A stretch of DNA of 64,000 nucleotides, taken from positions 124,001 through 188,000 of the IMG/VR virus record IMGVR_UViG_3300028840_006257. One strand, written 5' to 3'. A program made the position numbers and the translations under genes. Below are positions 28,714 through 38,817 of this stretch, one piece after another. How positions within the stretch are numbered: the stretch's first letter is position 1; each line of letters begins with the position of its first letter. The notes beneath the pieces were generated by a model. That model searched no databases. It was not told the origin of the DNA and saw nothing but the letters and a program-made list of their open reading frames with translations.

Positions 28714-29534
28714 CGACGACTCTCGTACAGCACAGAGCTGGGGCGTTCACCCCTGACTTGGCGGCCGCCCTCCGACAACTCGAGCACCGCGTCAGCGCGT
28801 TGAAGGCTCGAGTCAAGATCGAGGGCCGCTCTCCGGCCAAGATGGCGTGGGACGACGTGCGCCAGGATCCGGGTCCCACAGGACTCGCGCCCGAGTGGTC
28901 TGCCGTGCCCACGGGCCGGGAGGTCCGTCTCCAGATCCAGATTCTTGAAGAGGAGGACGACGAACCGTCCGTGTCGAGGAGCGAGCGCGAGCTCGCGATG
29001 CTCTGGGGACTGGCGGTCCCACTAGGCCTCACGCCGTTCAGTCGCTACCCGCTGCCTGGACCCCACGAGTCCGTGTTCCATTTCGTCGGACCGTGGGCAT
29101 CCATGATGGACCAGCTTCTTGGAGCTGGTCGCGGCGAGGTCGCGTGGCCGAGTTTCTGCTGCGCCGCGCAGATCGACGTCGGTCGGTGGGAGGGAGGACG
29201 CACGATGGAGCGGCTCGTGCAGGCGCACCTTCACCGGCTCGGCTACAACGTGGGTCCCCTCGACGGGATCGTCGGCAACAAGACGCAGGGAGCCCTGAGA
29301 GCCGCGAACCTCCACTCCAAGTCGATGACCGAGGTGGCCGAGCACATCGTGAATCTTTCGCCCGAGGTTCCGAGGGAGTTCGAACCCGCCGTGCAGGGGC
29401 GTCTTGAGCTCCCCGACGCTAGTTTCTCTATTCACCCCTATGGACAGGTGCGCGCGTCGCGAACCATCCGAGGGGCCGATCTTCACATCACGGGTCCCGG
29501 TCGCGTCGTGGTCGACATCCGGGAACCGACGTGA
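28710..29534 (+). CDS. Peptidoglycan-binding-domain protein, possible degenerate M15-like endolysin
   Basis: Start refined to ATG 28710 (ATGA overlap). VQAHLHRLGYNVGPLDGIVGNKTQGALR is a PG_binding_1-type motif; the N-terminal region loosely resembles M15 peptidases without Zn ligands. Confidence 0.6.
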   Translation: MTTTLVQHRAGAFTPDLAAALRQLEHRVSALKARVKIEGRSPAKMAWDDVRQDPGPTGLAPEWSAVPTGREVRLQIQILEEEDDEPSVSRSERELAMLWGLAVPLGLTPFSRYPLPGPHESVFHFVGPWASMMDQLLGAGRGEVAWPSFCCAAQIDVGRWEGGRTMERLVQAHLHRLGYNVGPLDGIVGNKTQGALRAANLHSKSMTEVAEHIVNLSPEVPREFEPAVQGRLELPDASFSIHPYGQVRASRTIRGADLHITGPGRVVVDIREPT

Positions 29535-30190
29535 TGCTCTCAGCCGCCACCCCGAGCCACCAGCGAGTCGCCTGGGCGTGGCTCGAGAAGCTCGTGAGTC
29601 AGCCGCCCCCGCGAGCACCGAGTCCACCGCCTGCGCTCAAGATGACGGCCCGGGAGCGCGAGAGACTCCTCGAGAGTGCCTACGAGAGCATCAAGCAGGA
29701 GCTCATCGCGGCCGTCAAGCAGGAGATCCCGAAGCTCGAGCGGGCTCAGGGGCAGATCGCCGGGCGGCATGGCATCGATCCACTGTTTCTCGACTGGTTC
29801 ATCGTCAACGGCAAGCACTGGCCACCGATGTCGCCGAGGCAACGTCGCGCGCTCCGGGCTTTGCAGAGCACGAACATCTGGTTCGGCGCGCTGCCCGACA
29901 CGTGGCGCAACATGGTCGTGCCCGAACTCGACCAGATGCGCGAGCGCGACCAGGCGTTGCGCGAGCTCGCGGACTGGTTCGTGAAAAACAGCCTCGCCAC
30001 GATCGAACGCAAGTACGTGAACGCGATCTGGAAGCACTCGCGCGACCTCGTCCGGGCGTTTCGCGGAGGCGGTGCTCCGACCGACCCGAAGGCGTCGCTG
30101 CTGCTCATGAGGGAGTTCAAGAAACGCCTCGTCGGAGACAGATTTCAGCTTCAGCCGTCGGTCCAGAAGATCGTCGATCTCTTCGACTAG
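29531..30190 (+). CDS. Hypothetical helical protein (219 aa)
   Basis: GTGA overlap; GC3-rich codons. Confidence 0.55.
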   Translation: MMLSAATPSHQRVAWAWLEKLVSQPPPRAPSPPPALKMTARERERLLESAYESIKQELIAAVKQEIPKLERAQGQIAGRHGIDPLFLDWFIVNGKHWPPMSPRQRRALRALQSTNIWFGALPDTWRNMVVPELDQMRERDQALRELADWFVKNSLATIERKYVNAIWKHSRDLVRAFRGGGAPTDPKASLLLMREFKKRLVGDRFQLQPSVQKIVDLFD

Positions 30191-30220
30191 CACCCTCGCG
30201 GGGATGCGTATAACGGTGGC

Positions 30221-33200
30221 ATGGACGCACGCCTCAAGTCCGCGCACGCGAAGCTCCGAGAGCTGCGCGAACGTACCGACCTGTCGCTCAGGCCGACGCC
30301 GCTGCTGAAGCAGACGTTCACGGACTTCGACGGCGAGGAGAAGCCGCTCAGGATCCGCTACTACCAGGTGCAGGGCATCCTGCACCTCGTGGCGATGAAC
30401 AGGTTCCTCCTGGGCGACGACACGGGGTTGGGCAAATGCGTCGTCGGTGACACGTTGGTGAAGACGGATCGCGGTCTCGTCCCGATTCGCGATCTGAATC
30501 CCGGCGTAGAGGAACCGGACTCCTTCGCCGCGTTGGAGGGGGTGCGTTTTCAGGTCGGAGTTTCCGAGGTTCAGGGGCGGTATTTCTACTACGGCGGCGA
30601 GAAGCCGACCGTCAGACTCCGTACCCGCTCGGGCTACGAGCTGGAAGGGTCACAGATTCATCCTGTCATGGTGCGTCGCGACGGCACGGACCAGTGGGTC
30701 CGGCTGCGAGACCTTCGGGAGGGTGACTTCGTTGCGGTGGAGCGTACCGACGACTTCTCGGTGTGTGAAGGACGGCCGGAGCCTGCTCTTCCGGGGCCTG
30801 GTTCGGGCGCCCCGCACGAACGCAGGCACAGGATCCCTTCCAAGATGTCGCCTGACCTCGCCCGGTTCCTCGGTTATCTCATCGGGGAGGGGTGGTTCCG
30901 ACGACACGACTTCTTTACGCTCAGCCAGCATCGCGAAGTGAACCCTGAAGTCTACGGGGACATGGAGGAGCTGGGACGTGTGTTGTTCGACGTGAAGATG
31001 CAGCCGGCCGAGGACGGGTTCACCATCGCGAGCACACAGATCGTTCGGTTCCTGCGCGGGATCGGCTGCGACCCGAGTCTGGCGCCGGACAAGGAGGTGC
31101 CATGGTCGGTGCTTCAGGCATCTCCCGCGTCCATGCGAGAGTTTCTTCGGGGATTCGTGGATAGCGAAGGGTCGGCCAGCGAGTTGGGGATTGAAGTGAG
31201 TTCGTCCTCGGAGAAACTTCTTCGCCAAGTCCAGGTCATGTTGCTGTCCTTTGGAGTTGTCTCGCAACGCAATCCGAAGCTGATCGAAGGGCGTGACCGC
31301 GTCTACTGGAGACTCCAGATCCAGGGCGATGACGCACGCATTTTTTCTCGACGCATCGGCCTGGTGTCTTCCCGCAAGACCGCGGCGCTCCGGCCGCTGC
31401 TGGAACAGGACTCAAATCCGAACTATGACGTGGTGCCAGATGCGTCAGCAGAGATCGAGGACCTGCGTGCTGAGGTCTATGCCCGAGCGGGGCGCCACGG
31501 TTATAAAGGCGTAGGAATGACGGAGCGCTGGGGTTCGGCGTTTTACAACACGCTCGGTCATGTAAGGGCTGGGCGTCGGAATCCCACCTACCAGTACCTC
31601 AGGCGCTTCCTTGAGATCGCTCGTGAGGTTGGGATCTCCGAGTTGAATCCTGCGTACGCACGCGTCCAGGCCCTTGTGCGGCGCAAGTGGTTTTACGACC
31701 CTGTGGATGCCTTGGAGGACGGGTGGGCAGAGGTCTATGACGTTGAGGTCGATGATCCTCGGCATGCGTTCATCGGGAACGGCCTCGTCAACCACAACAC
31801 GCTCATGGGCATCGCCTCCCTCTGCTACATCTGGGCGAAGGCGCCGGAGACGAAGGCCGTCATCTTGACGAACAAGTCGCTGGTCCAGCAGTGGGCCGGG
31901 GAGTTCGACAAGTTCTGCGCGCCGGGCGAGATCAACGTCATCGTGTGCACCGGGGTTCCGGCAAAACGGCGGAAGATCTACCAGGAGTTCGAGGCGTCGA
32001 CGGGGCCGACCGTGCTCGTGATGGGCTACGCGACGGCGCGCCGCGACATCCGGCAGATCCAGGAGTGGTCCGGGCACGTGCTGATCACGGACGAGTGTTT
32101 CCAGTATCACACTCCCATTCTCCTGGCAGACGGTACTCAGGAGTTGATCGGGCGTCTGGTGACCCGAAAAACACCTGCCGAGGTTCTGTCGTGGAACGCC
32201 GAAACCGGGGAGATAGAGCCCCGACGGATCGTGGGGTGGTATCGAAAACCGATGCCGGGGATTCACGGGCGTTCTCCGAGCAAGCGAACGGCCGCCATGC
32301 TGAAGCTGGAGTTCAGGTGGGGGGGCAACCTCTTGAGCACGCCAGACCATGAGTTCTATCGCATGGATGGGACGAAGGTTCGGGCTCGTGACCTCGGGTC
32401 GGGGGACCGCATCGTTCACTTCGATCGGAACATTCCTTCGCCGGACCAGATGCAGGTCCTTCTCGGAGGGCTTCTGGGAGACTCTTCTGTTTCACACCCA
32501 CGAAAAACATGGGCCGTCGCGTTCGGGCACGGGACGGCTCAGAAGGCGTACCTTGAGTTTAAGCGGGACGTGCTTATGAGTTTGGGAGTTTCGGAGGTCA
32601 CGGAGACCCGAAGTGGCTACGCCAGGAGCAAAAAAATCTGGCGCTTTCGCATGAAGGCCAACGAGGAGTTCACCCGCGTCGCGCAGGACGACTGTGGCTT
32701 GCTTGTTCCGTACAGCGGGCCGCGTACGGATCGAAGGTACAGGAAACGAATCACGCACGAGTGGTTGAACCGGATAGGTCCTCTTGGGCTGGCGATCTGG
32801 TATGCCGATGACGGAAGCCTGACTCAGTACCGTAGAAAGGACGGCTCGAAGGGGTACCAGGTTCGCATCAGCACAGACGACTTCACACAGTCAGAGGCTG
32901 GCATGTTGGCGGGTTGGCTTTACTGGGTGTGGGGGATCAAGGCCGAACCCAAGATTGAATACCGCAAGTCAGGAGGAAAGAGGAAACGCCGACGCCTGCC
33001 GTACCCTCATCTGTTCCTTGGGGATGAGGCGGCTCGTTCCTTTTTTGAACTTCTTCCGGGCGCTTTCCCGGGGGTTCAGGCCAAGTTTCCAGACGGCATG
33101 CGGGTCCTTCGACCCCAGGATCTGGATCTGTTGTCGCAGACACAACTTCGGGACGACAGGCTAGTCCGTCGGTCTCGATGGAAAACCACGAAGCCAGCCG

Positions 33201-34369
33201 AACGGTACGTTTACGACCTTGAGGTCGAAGGAAATCACAACTACTTCGCCAACGGCACCCTCGTTTCCAATTGCAGCGCGTACAAGAACCCGAGCACCCA
33301 GACCTACCAGGTGGTTCGGCATCTCGGCCATCCTGAGCGCGCGGCCCGACACTGGGGGCTCACGGCCACGCTGATCAAGAACAACCTCATCGAGGGCTTC
33401 GGCATCTACTCGCTGCTCGTTCCCGGCCTGTTCCCGTCGTCCAAGAACAGGTTCATGAACGAGTACTGCCTGACGCGTCTTCAGCCCATCCCGAACAGCA
33501 GGCGTCAGATCCCGGTCATCGTCGGCTACCGGCCCGACCAGATCGCCCGGTTCCGCGAGAAGATCGATCCGTACTTCCTCTCGAGGGCGAAGTTCGACGT
33601 GGCCAAGGAGCTGCCCGTGCTGACCATGCGGGAGCACAAGGTCGGCATGACGCGCGAGCAGGAGGACAAGTATCGCGAGGCCCTCTCCGGGTTGCTGGAG
33701 ATCGACAAGACGGGGGAGGAGAAGGAGATGACGAAGCTGACGGCGCTCACGTACTGTCAGGAGATCGTCGACCATCCCGAGCTCGTGGACTGCGAGGGCG
33801 ACAGCGAGAAGATGGACGCGCTGTTCACCATGCTGACCGAGGGAGACTTCGCGGACGAGAAGGTGATCGTGTTCAGCCGGTTCAGGAAGATGGTGGACAA
33901 GCTGGAGGCCGTCGCCAAGTCCAAGAGGTACGGGTTGAGCACCGTCCGCGTGACGGGCAAGGAGGAGGAGGACGAGCGCCAGGAGGCCATGCGGCGGTTC
34001 CAGGACCCGAACGACGCCGCCCGGATCTGCTGGATCACGACCGCCGCGAAGGAGGGCGTCAACCTCCAGGCGGCGAAGGTCCTCATCTTCTACGACTCCC
34101 CCTGGTCGGCGGGCGATTTCCTGCAGGTTCTCGGCAGGATGATTCGAATCGGCTCGCTGCACGACAGGTGCTACGCGGTACACCTGGTCGCGCGGGGGAC
34201 GATCGACGTGCACGTGATGGCCGTCCTGCGCAAGAAGATGAAGCTGATAGAGCAGGTCATGGGGAGGCGCCTCAAGGGCGATGACATGAGCGACGTCGTG
34301 GTAGCCTCCCAGGACAGCATCGACGACCTGTTCGCGGCGATGAGCCGGGACGCGAGGAGGGCGGTGTGA
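30221..34369 (+). CDS. SNF2-family helicase/ATPase precursor with two inteins (~536 aa after splicing)
   Basis: LGDDTGLGK|T (Walker A), LITDE|CS (Walker B), WGLTATLIKN, KVIVFSRF, TTAAKEGVNLQAA and WSAGDFLQVLGRMIRIG. Confidence 0.92.
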   Translation: MDARLKSAHAKLRELRERTDLSLRPTPLLKQTFTDFDGEEKPLRIRYYQVQGILHLVAMNRFLLGDDTGLGKCVVGDTLVKTDRGLVPIRDLNPGVEEPDSFAALEGVRFQVGVSEVQGRYFYYGGEKPTVRLRTRSGYELEGSQIHPVMVRRDGTDQWVRLRDLREGDFVAVERTDDFSVCEGRPEPALPGPGSGAPHERRHRIPSKMSPDLARFLGYLIGEGWFRRHDFFTLSQHREVNPEVYGDMEELGRVLFDVKMQPAEDGFTIASTQIVRFLRGIGCDPSLAPDKEVPWSVLQASPASMREFLRGFVDSEGSASELGIEVSSSSEKLLRQVQVMLLSFGVVSQRNPKLIEGRDRVYWRLQIQGDDARIFSRRIGLVSSRKTAALRPLLEQDSNPNYDVVPDASAEIEDLRAEVYARAGRHGYKGVGMTERWGSAFYNTLGHVRAGRRNPTYQYLRRFLEIAREVGISELNPAYARVQALVRRKWFYDPVDALEDGWAEVYDVEVDDPRHAFIGNGLVNHNTLMGIASLCYIWAKAPETKAVILTNKSLVQQWAGEFDKFCAPGEINVIVCTGVPAKRRKIYQEFEASTGPTVLVMGYATARRDIRQIQEWSGHVLITDECFQYHTPILLADGTQELIGRLVTRKTPAEVLSWNAETGEIEPRRIVGWYRKPMPGIHGRSPSKRTAAMLKLEFRWGGNLLSTPDHEFYRMDGTKVRARDLGSGDRIVHFDRNIPSPDQMQVLLGGLLGDSSVSHPRKTWAVAFGHGTAQKAYLEFKRDVLMSLGVSEVTETRSGYARSKKIWRFRMKANEEFTRVAQDDCGLLVPYSGPRTDRRYRKRITHEWLNRIGPLGLAIWYADDGSLTQYRRKDGSKGYQVRISTDDFTQSEAGMLAGWLYWVWGIKAEPKIEYRKSGGKRKRRRLPYPHLFLGDEAARSFFELLPGAFPGVQAKFPDGMRVLRPQDLDLLSQTQLRDDRLVRRSRWKTTKPAERYVYDLEVEGNHNYFANGTLVSNCSAYKNPSTQTYQVVRHLGHPERAARHWGLTATLIKNNLIEGFGIYSLLVPGLFPSSKNRFMNEYCLTRLQPIPNSRRQIPVIVGYRPDQIARFREKIDPYFLSRAKFDVAKELPVLTMREHKVGMTREQEDKYREALSGLLEIDKTGEEKEMTKLTALTYCQEIVDHPELVDCEGDSEKMDALFTMLTEGDFADEKVIVFSRFRKMVDKLEAVAKSKRYGLSTVRVTGKEEEDERQEAMRRFQDPNDAARICWITTAAKEGVNLQAAKVLIFYDSPWSAGDFLQVLGRMIRIGSLHDRCYAVHLVARGTIDVHVMAVLRKKMKLIEQVMGRRLKGDDMSDVVVASQDSIDDLFAAMSRDARRAV
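30437..31798 (+). mobile_element. Intein 1 (454 aa, LAGLIDADG endonuclease) in SNF2 Walker A
   Basis: Starts CVVGDT, ends GLVNHN, +1 Thr; LGYLIGEG and LRGFVDSEG motifs; lower GC. Confidence 0.92.
32096..33271 (+). mobile_element. Intein 2 (392 aa, LAGLIDADG_2-type) in SNF2 Walker B
   Basis: Starts CFQYHT, ends GTLVSN, +1 Cys; LLGGLLGDSS and LAIWYADDGS motifs. Confidence 0.9.
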
Positions 34370-35658
34370 CGGTCGAACCCGCGGTGATCAGGCGTCCTCT
34401 GGGTGACCGGGCCCGGACGGCGATCCTCTACTACGGTGCGAGCTGTCTCGAGACCCTGCGCTGTCTGGCGGACGAGTCGGTCCACTGCTGCGTGACTTCT
34501 CCTCCTTACTGGGGGCTCCGGGACTACGGGACCGAGGAAGATCAGATTGGGCTCGAGGAGAGGCCGGAGAAGTACGTCGATAACCTGCTGAACGTGTTTC
34601 GTGAAGTCCGGCGCGTCCTCCGAGACGATGGAACCGTGTGGCTCAACCTCGGCGATTCGTACGCACGGGGGCGTACAGGACGGGATGATGCGGGACGCAC
34701 GGTGGCAAAGAAGGACGCCTGGAAGGACACGATGCCACACGAGCGCCGTGATCGTGGCATCCCTCAAGGCCTGAAGAACAAGGACCTCGTGGGCATCCCG
34801 TGGATGGTGGCGTTCGCCCTGAGGGCCGACGGGTGGTACCTCAGGTCGGACATCGTCTGGGCCAAGTCGATCAGCGGAGACACGCGGACGGGTACCTGCA
34901 TGCCCGAGTCGGTAACCGACAGGCCCACGCAGTCCAAGGAGTACGTCTTCCTCCTGTCGAAGTCCCCGACCTACTTCTTCGACATGGATGCGGTACGGGA
35001 ACCCCACACGATGCGCCCACAGGCGCGTCCATCGGGCCACAAGCGCGGGAGACCGGGACCCCTCTTGCCGGAGCACACCTGGTCTGGGACTGCTCGCAAC
35101 GGGCCCGGCATCGACGGCGACCTCTCCGGTCGCAATCTCCGGTCCGTCTGGCACCTGAACCCCAAGCCTTATCCGGGGGCCCACTTCGCAGTCTTTCCTC
35201 CGACGTTGCCCCGTCTCTGCATCCTCGCAGGCACGTCCGAACGGGGTTGTTGTCCCATGTGTGGGACGCCCTGGGTTCGGGAGGTCGAGCGCTCTTCCAT
35301 GAAGGTGCGGGAAGGCCCTGGACGAGCCGGCCTCATGGGTGCCTCGACTACCGCCACCTCGCGGACGGCCTGCACCGGGACCGTCACGGAAGCACCCGTT
35401 TATCGCATGCTAGGATGGCGCCCGACCTGCGGGTGTCCCGAGCACGAGCCGGTCCCGTGCGTCGTGCTCGACCCATTCTCCGGCAGCGGGACGACGGGGA
35501 TGGTCGCCCTCGATCACGGACGCAACATCGTGGGACTGGACCTGAACGGAGACTATCTCGAGCTCGCTAGGGCTCGGATCCTCGGTGAACCCGTGCCAGA
35601 TCCGCACGAGGAGGACGACCTCGGGATCTTGAATTTCCTGGGAGTAGAAGATCCGTGA
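34366..35658 (+). CDS. Beta-class amino DNA methyltransferase (N4-C/N6-A)
   Basis: Motif IV VTSPPY at the N-terminus, RVLRDDG, HFAVFP, and motif I LDPFSGSGT at the C-terminus; Cys-rich insertion. Confidence 0.9.
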   Translation: MTVEPAVIRRPLGDRARTAILYYGASCLETLRCLADESVHCCVTSPPYWGLRDYGTEEDQIGLEERPEKYVDNLLNVFREVRRVLRDDGTVWLNLGDSYARGRTGRDDAGRTVAKKDAWKDTMPHERRDRGIPQGLKNKDLVGIPWMVAFALRADGWYLRSDIVWAKSISGDTRTGTCMPESVTDRPTQSKEYVFLLSKSPTYFFDMDAVREPHTMRPQARPSGHKRGRPGPLLPEHTWSGTARNGPGIDGDLSGRNLRSVWHLNPKPYPGAHFAVFPPTLPRLCILAGTSERGCCPMCGTPWVREVERSSMKVREGPGRAGLMGASTTATSRTACTGTVTEAPVYRMLGWRPTCGCPEHEPVPCVVLDPFSGSGTTGMVALDHGRNIVGLDLNGDYLELARARILGEPVPDPHEEDDLGILNFLGVEDP

Positions 35659-36545
35659 GCCGGGAGTACGCCAGGCCGGACTGCATCCACTGTCGGGGCA
35701 GCGGGTTCATCTACGGCGAGTCCATGTTGGACGGAGGGCACTACTGCGAGTGCACCTTCGACGGGATGCGCCTGGAGAACATGGAGAAGGTGTGGAGGCC
35801 GCTTCCGGCCGCGCGTGAGATTCCTGGCCTTCGGCAGAGGGCGCCTCTGCGGCAGCTCGTGGGCACGGACGTCTGGATAACGGCCAAGACTCCCGTCTTC
35901 CAGGCGCACCTCAAGGCGGTCGCGTTCAGCTGTCCCACGATGTGGGACTGCCGGGTGTTCTCCGACAAGGACCTCCTGACCGCGTGGCTCAACACGGCCC
36001 GAGCACAGGGGCACAAGATCTACGACGCCGAGGTCGAGGCCATGCGCATCGGGGCGATGGACGTCGATGAGCTGGTCGAGCCGCCCGAACTCGTCATCCT
36101 CGTGCTCGGTGTCAAGCAGGCCCCGAACAAGGAGACGCCTAGCGTCCTGCTCGAGGCCATCGGGGTGCGACGGCATCTCGGAAAACCCACCTGGCTCGTG
36201 GATCAACCCGATCATCCCGTCGATCAGATGAGGCATCTCTGCTACAGCGAGACGCTCGAGATGTGGCTCTCTCACTGGCCGCACCTCGAGCTGCACGGCC
36301 CGAACGTGAAAGTCGTCGGCGGCGTGGTCGAGAAACCCTCAGCCGCGGCGGAGACGGATCCTGAGGAGATCGTCGAGCCGTCGGACGAGGCCGAGGAGCA
36401 AGTCGAGGAGGCGCTCGAGGACCTGGACGGGGCCGAGTCGGCGACGACGAACTTCATGGACGAGATCCTCCAGAACGAGGAGGCTCAGGAGAAGAAGGCG
36501 CGGAGAAAGTCGTTCTCCCAGAGGAAGAAGGGAGGGCGTTCGTGA
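35655..36545 (+). CDS. Degenerate DnaC/IstB-like helicase loader with N-terminal Zn ribbon
   Basis: CIHCRG...YCEC; ELVILVLG...LLEAIGVRRHLGKPTWLV resembles the DnaC C-terminal half, but there is no Walker A and no Walker B acidic residues; directly upstream of DnaB. Confidence 0.55.
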   Translation: MSREYARPDCIHCRGSGFIYGESMLDGGHYCECTFDGMRLENMEKVWRPLPAAREIPGLRQRAPLRQLVGTDVWITAKTPVFQAHLKAVAFSCPTMWDCRVFSDKDLLTAWLNTARAQGHKIYDAEVEAMRIGAMDVDELVEPPELVILVLGVKQAPNKETPSVLLEAIGVRRHLGKPTWLVDQPDHPVDQMRHLCYSETLEMWLSHWPHLELHGPNVKVVGGVVEKPSAAAETDPEEIVEPSDEAEEQVEEALEDLDGAESATTNFMDEILQNEEAQEKKARRKSFSQRKKGGRS

Positions 36546-38110
36546 AGAACCTGCTGCGCTCGTGCTTCCTCGCCGACCCGACGGACAGCGCCGAGCTGCA
36601 CGCCCAGAACTACCACGCGATGGTGGACTCGGGCCTCGGCTTCGAGCTGCCCGAGGACAACATCATCTGGGCGTTCGTCCAGGACTTCTTCAAGAGCCAC
36701 GGGCACGTCCCCCTCGTCCAGTCGATCCGGTCGCACTACGAGGCCGTCCACGAGAACGACGTGGTCGACCGCCTCGAGCGACTCGCGATGATCAAGCCCA
36801 GGACTCGGGGCGACTTCCTCACCTACCTCGAGGAGAAGGCCAGGGACCGTCGCAACCGGGTCGTGCTCGAGCTCGCCAAGGAGATGACCCAGATCACCTC
36901 TACCGGGCTGGAGGTCAAGGGTCCGCGCGGGAAGTCCGAGAAGCTGTTCGGGGCGATCGACGCTATCCGTCACGTGCTCGACCGCAGCCACGACATCGTG
37001 GCCCCCACGCTCGGGACCAAGCTGTCGGGAAACCTGATGCAGGACGGCGACGACTTCATGGCGCGGTACGATCGCGTGAAGGCGGACCCGAAGTACGGCA
37101 TCGGGCAGTACTGCGGGATCGCCCAGATCGACGCCGCGATGAACGGCGCCAAGCGCTACGAGCTATGGGTCCACGCCGGGTTCACGGGCGCCCTGAAGTC
37201 CACGACGGGGCTCCACTGGGCCTACATCCAGGCGGTCTACTACGGCTTCTCGACGGTCTACTTCTCGCTCGAGATGCCGTACCTCCAGTGCCGCAACATG
37301 ATCTACACGATGCACAGCGCGCACGAGGACTTCAAGCCCGTGCGCGAGGAGCTGGGAATCGAGGGCATCGGGCTCGACTACGAGAGGGTCCGCGACGGAA
37401 ACCTCGCCCCGAACGAGGAGAGGTTCCTGCGCGAGTACGTCGTGCCCTCGCTGAACAAGCAGCGGGTCGTCCCGCCCCGGGGCAGGCACGCCCTGGATCC
37501 CCGAGACTACGGGGACATCCACATCGAGGTCGCCGATCCCGACAAGACCGACTTCACGGTCCCGGACCTGCGCGCCAAGGCCGAGCTGATCTTCTCCAAG
37601 ACGCCGTTCTCCATGATCGTCGTGGACCACGGCGGCCTCATGAGTGCGAGGCAGCGGTACTCGAACACGACCGAGAAGCTCAACGAGGTCGTGCGCGACC
37701 TCAAGCGGCTGGCGATGAGCTTCAACCGCGGCATGGGCATCGCCATCCTCCTCCTGTTCCAGATTAACCGCGAGGGCTACAAGCAGGCCGAGAAGAACGG
37801 CGGCCGCTACAACCTCGCGGCCCTCGCCTACGCGAACGAGTGCGAGAGGAGTGCCGACGTGGTGACGGCGACCTGGATCGACGACGCCCTCCGCAAGATG
37901 AACCGGGCCGTCTTCCAGTGCCTCAAGTCACGCGATCAGAAGCCGTTCGACCGGATCCCGGTGAAGGTCGAGTTCTCGTGCAGGCGCCTTCTGACGGACA
38001 AGACGACCTCGATCGAGGAGATCGACCAGAAGATGAGGGACGCGAGAGGTGATGCCCCGCGCATCGTCGAGTCGAGTCAGCAGGTTCCCGACCTGGGGTT
38101 GCAGACATGA
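36542..38110 (+). CDS. dnaB: DnaB-like replicative helicase
   Basis: AGFTGALKST (variant Walker A), YFSLEM, IVVDH, QINREG, ECERSADVV, LKSR. Confidence 0.85.
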   Translation: MKNLLRSCFLADPTDSAELHAQNYHAMVDSGLGFELPEDNIIWAFVQDFFKSHGHVPLVQSIRSHYEAVHENDVVDRLERLAMIKPRTRGDFLTYLEEKARDRRNRVVLELAKEMTQITSTGLEVKGPRGKSEKLFGAIDAIRHVLDRSHDIVAPTLGTKLSGNLMQDGDDFMARYDRVKADPKYGIGQYCGIAQIDAAMNGAKRYELWVHAGFTGALKSTTGLHWAYIQAVYYGFSTVYFSLEMPYLQCRNMIYTMHSAHEDFKPVREELGIEGIGLDYERVRDGNLAPNEERFLREYVVPSLNKQRVVPPRGRHALDPRDYGDIHIEVADPDKTDFTVPDLRAKAELIFSKTPFSMIVVDHGGLMSARQRYSNTTEKLNEVVRDLKRLAMSFNRGMGIAILLLFQINREGYKQAEKNGGRYNLAALAYANECERSADVVTATWIDDALRKMNRAVFQCLKSRDQKPFDRIPVKVEFSCRRLLTDKTTSIEEIDQKMRDARGDAPRIVESSQQVPDLGLQT

Positions 38111-38817
38111 GCCGCGTCGTTAAACTCTGGAAGGGAGACTGCCTGGAGCGGCTGCTCGAGATCCCAGACGGCACCGTTGGCGCCTTCATCTGCGATCCTC
38201 CCTACGACCTGACTCAGGCGAGTCGGCGAGGAAGCCCGCGACCGCCAGGATCGGGGCCCTTCGGGCGGCACACGCTGGCCACCCACGGACACGACCGCGG
38301 AGTCGGGTCCTCGGGGGGTTTCATGGGGAAGACGTGGGACGCGACGGGCATCGCGTTCGATCCCGAGTTCTGGCACCTCGCGTTCCGCAAGCTATGTCCC
38401 GGCGGCGTCGTCAAGGCATTCGGTGGGACCAGGACGCACCATCGGATGCTCCGCGTGGTCGAGCAGGCCGGCTTCGTGGACGCGTGCCTTGAGGCGTGGG
38501 TATACGGGTCTGGTTTTCCGAAATCGACGAACATCTCGAAGCAGATCGACCGGCGAGCAGGGGCACCGCGCGAGGTCGTCGGCTACAAGCGGGGAGTAGG
38601 GGGAGAGAACCTGAACGATCTGGTGCGGGGCTCGGAGATTCGACAGACGACGGACGCTGGCGGCCGGGGAATGGGCGCCTACGGCACGGGGGCGAGGCAG
38701 GTCCCCGTGGACGTGCCCGTGACCGTGCCCACGACCGAGCTGGCGAAGCTGTGGTCTGAGTATGGAACCGCGCTCAAGCCGGCTTGGGAACCAGTTGTGA
38801 TCGCCAGAAAACCATGA
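38107..38817 (+). CDS. DNA methyltransferase N-terminal (catalytic DPPY) half, no SAM-binding motif I
   Basis: FICDPPY, MGKTWD, PGGVVKAFGGTRTHHRM, WVYGSGFPKS; ends ALKPAWEPVVIARKP-stop. Confidence 0.8.
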   Translation: MSRVVKLWKGDCLERLLEIPDGTVGAFICDPPYDLTQASRRGSPRPPGSGPFGRHTLATHGHDRGVGSSGGFMGKTWDATGIAFDPEFWHLAFRKLCPGGVVKAFGGTRTHHRMLRVVEQAGFVDACLEAWVYGSGFPKSTNISKQIDRRAGAPREVVGYKRGVGGENLNDLVRGSEIRQTTDAGGRGMGAYGTGARQVPVDVPVTVPTTELAKLWSEYGTALKPAWEPVVIARKP

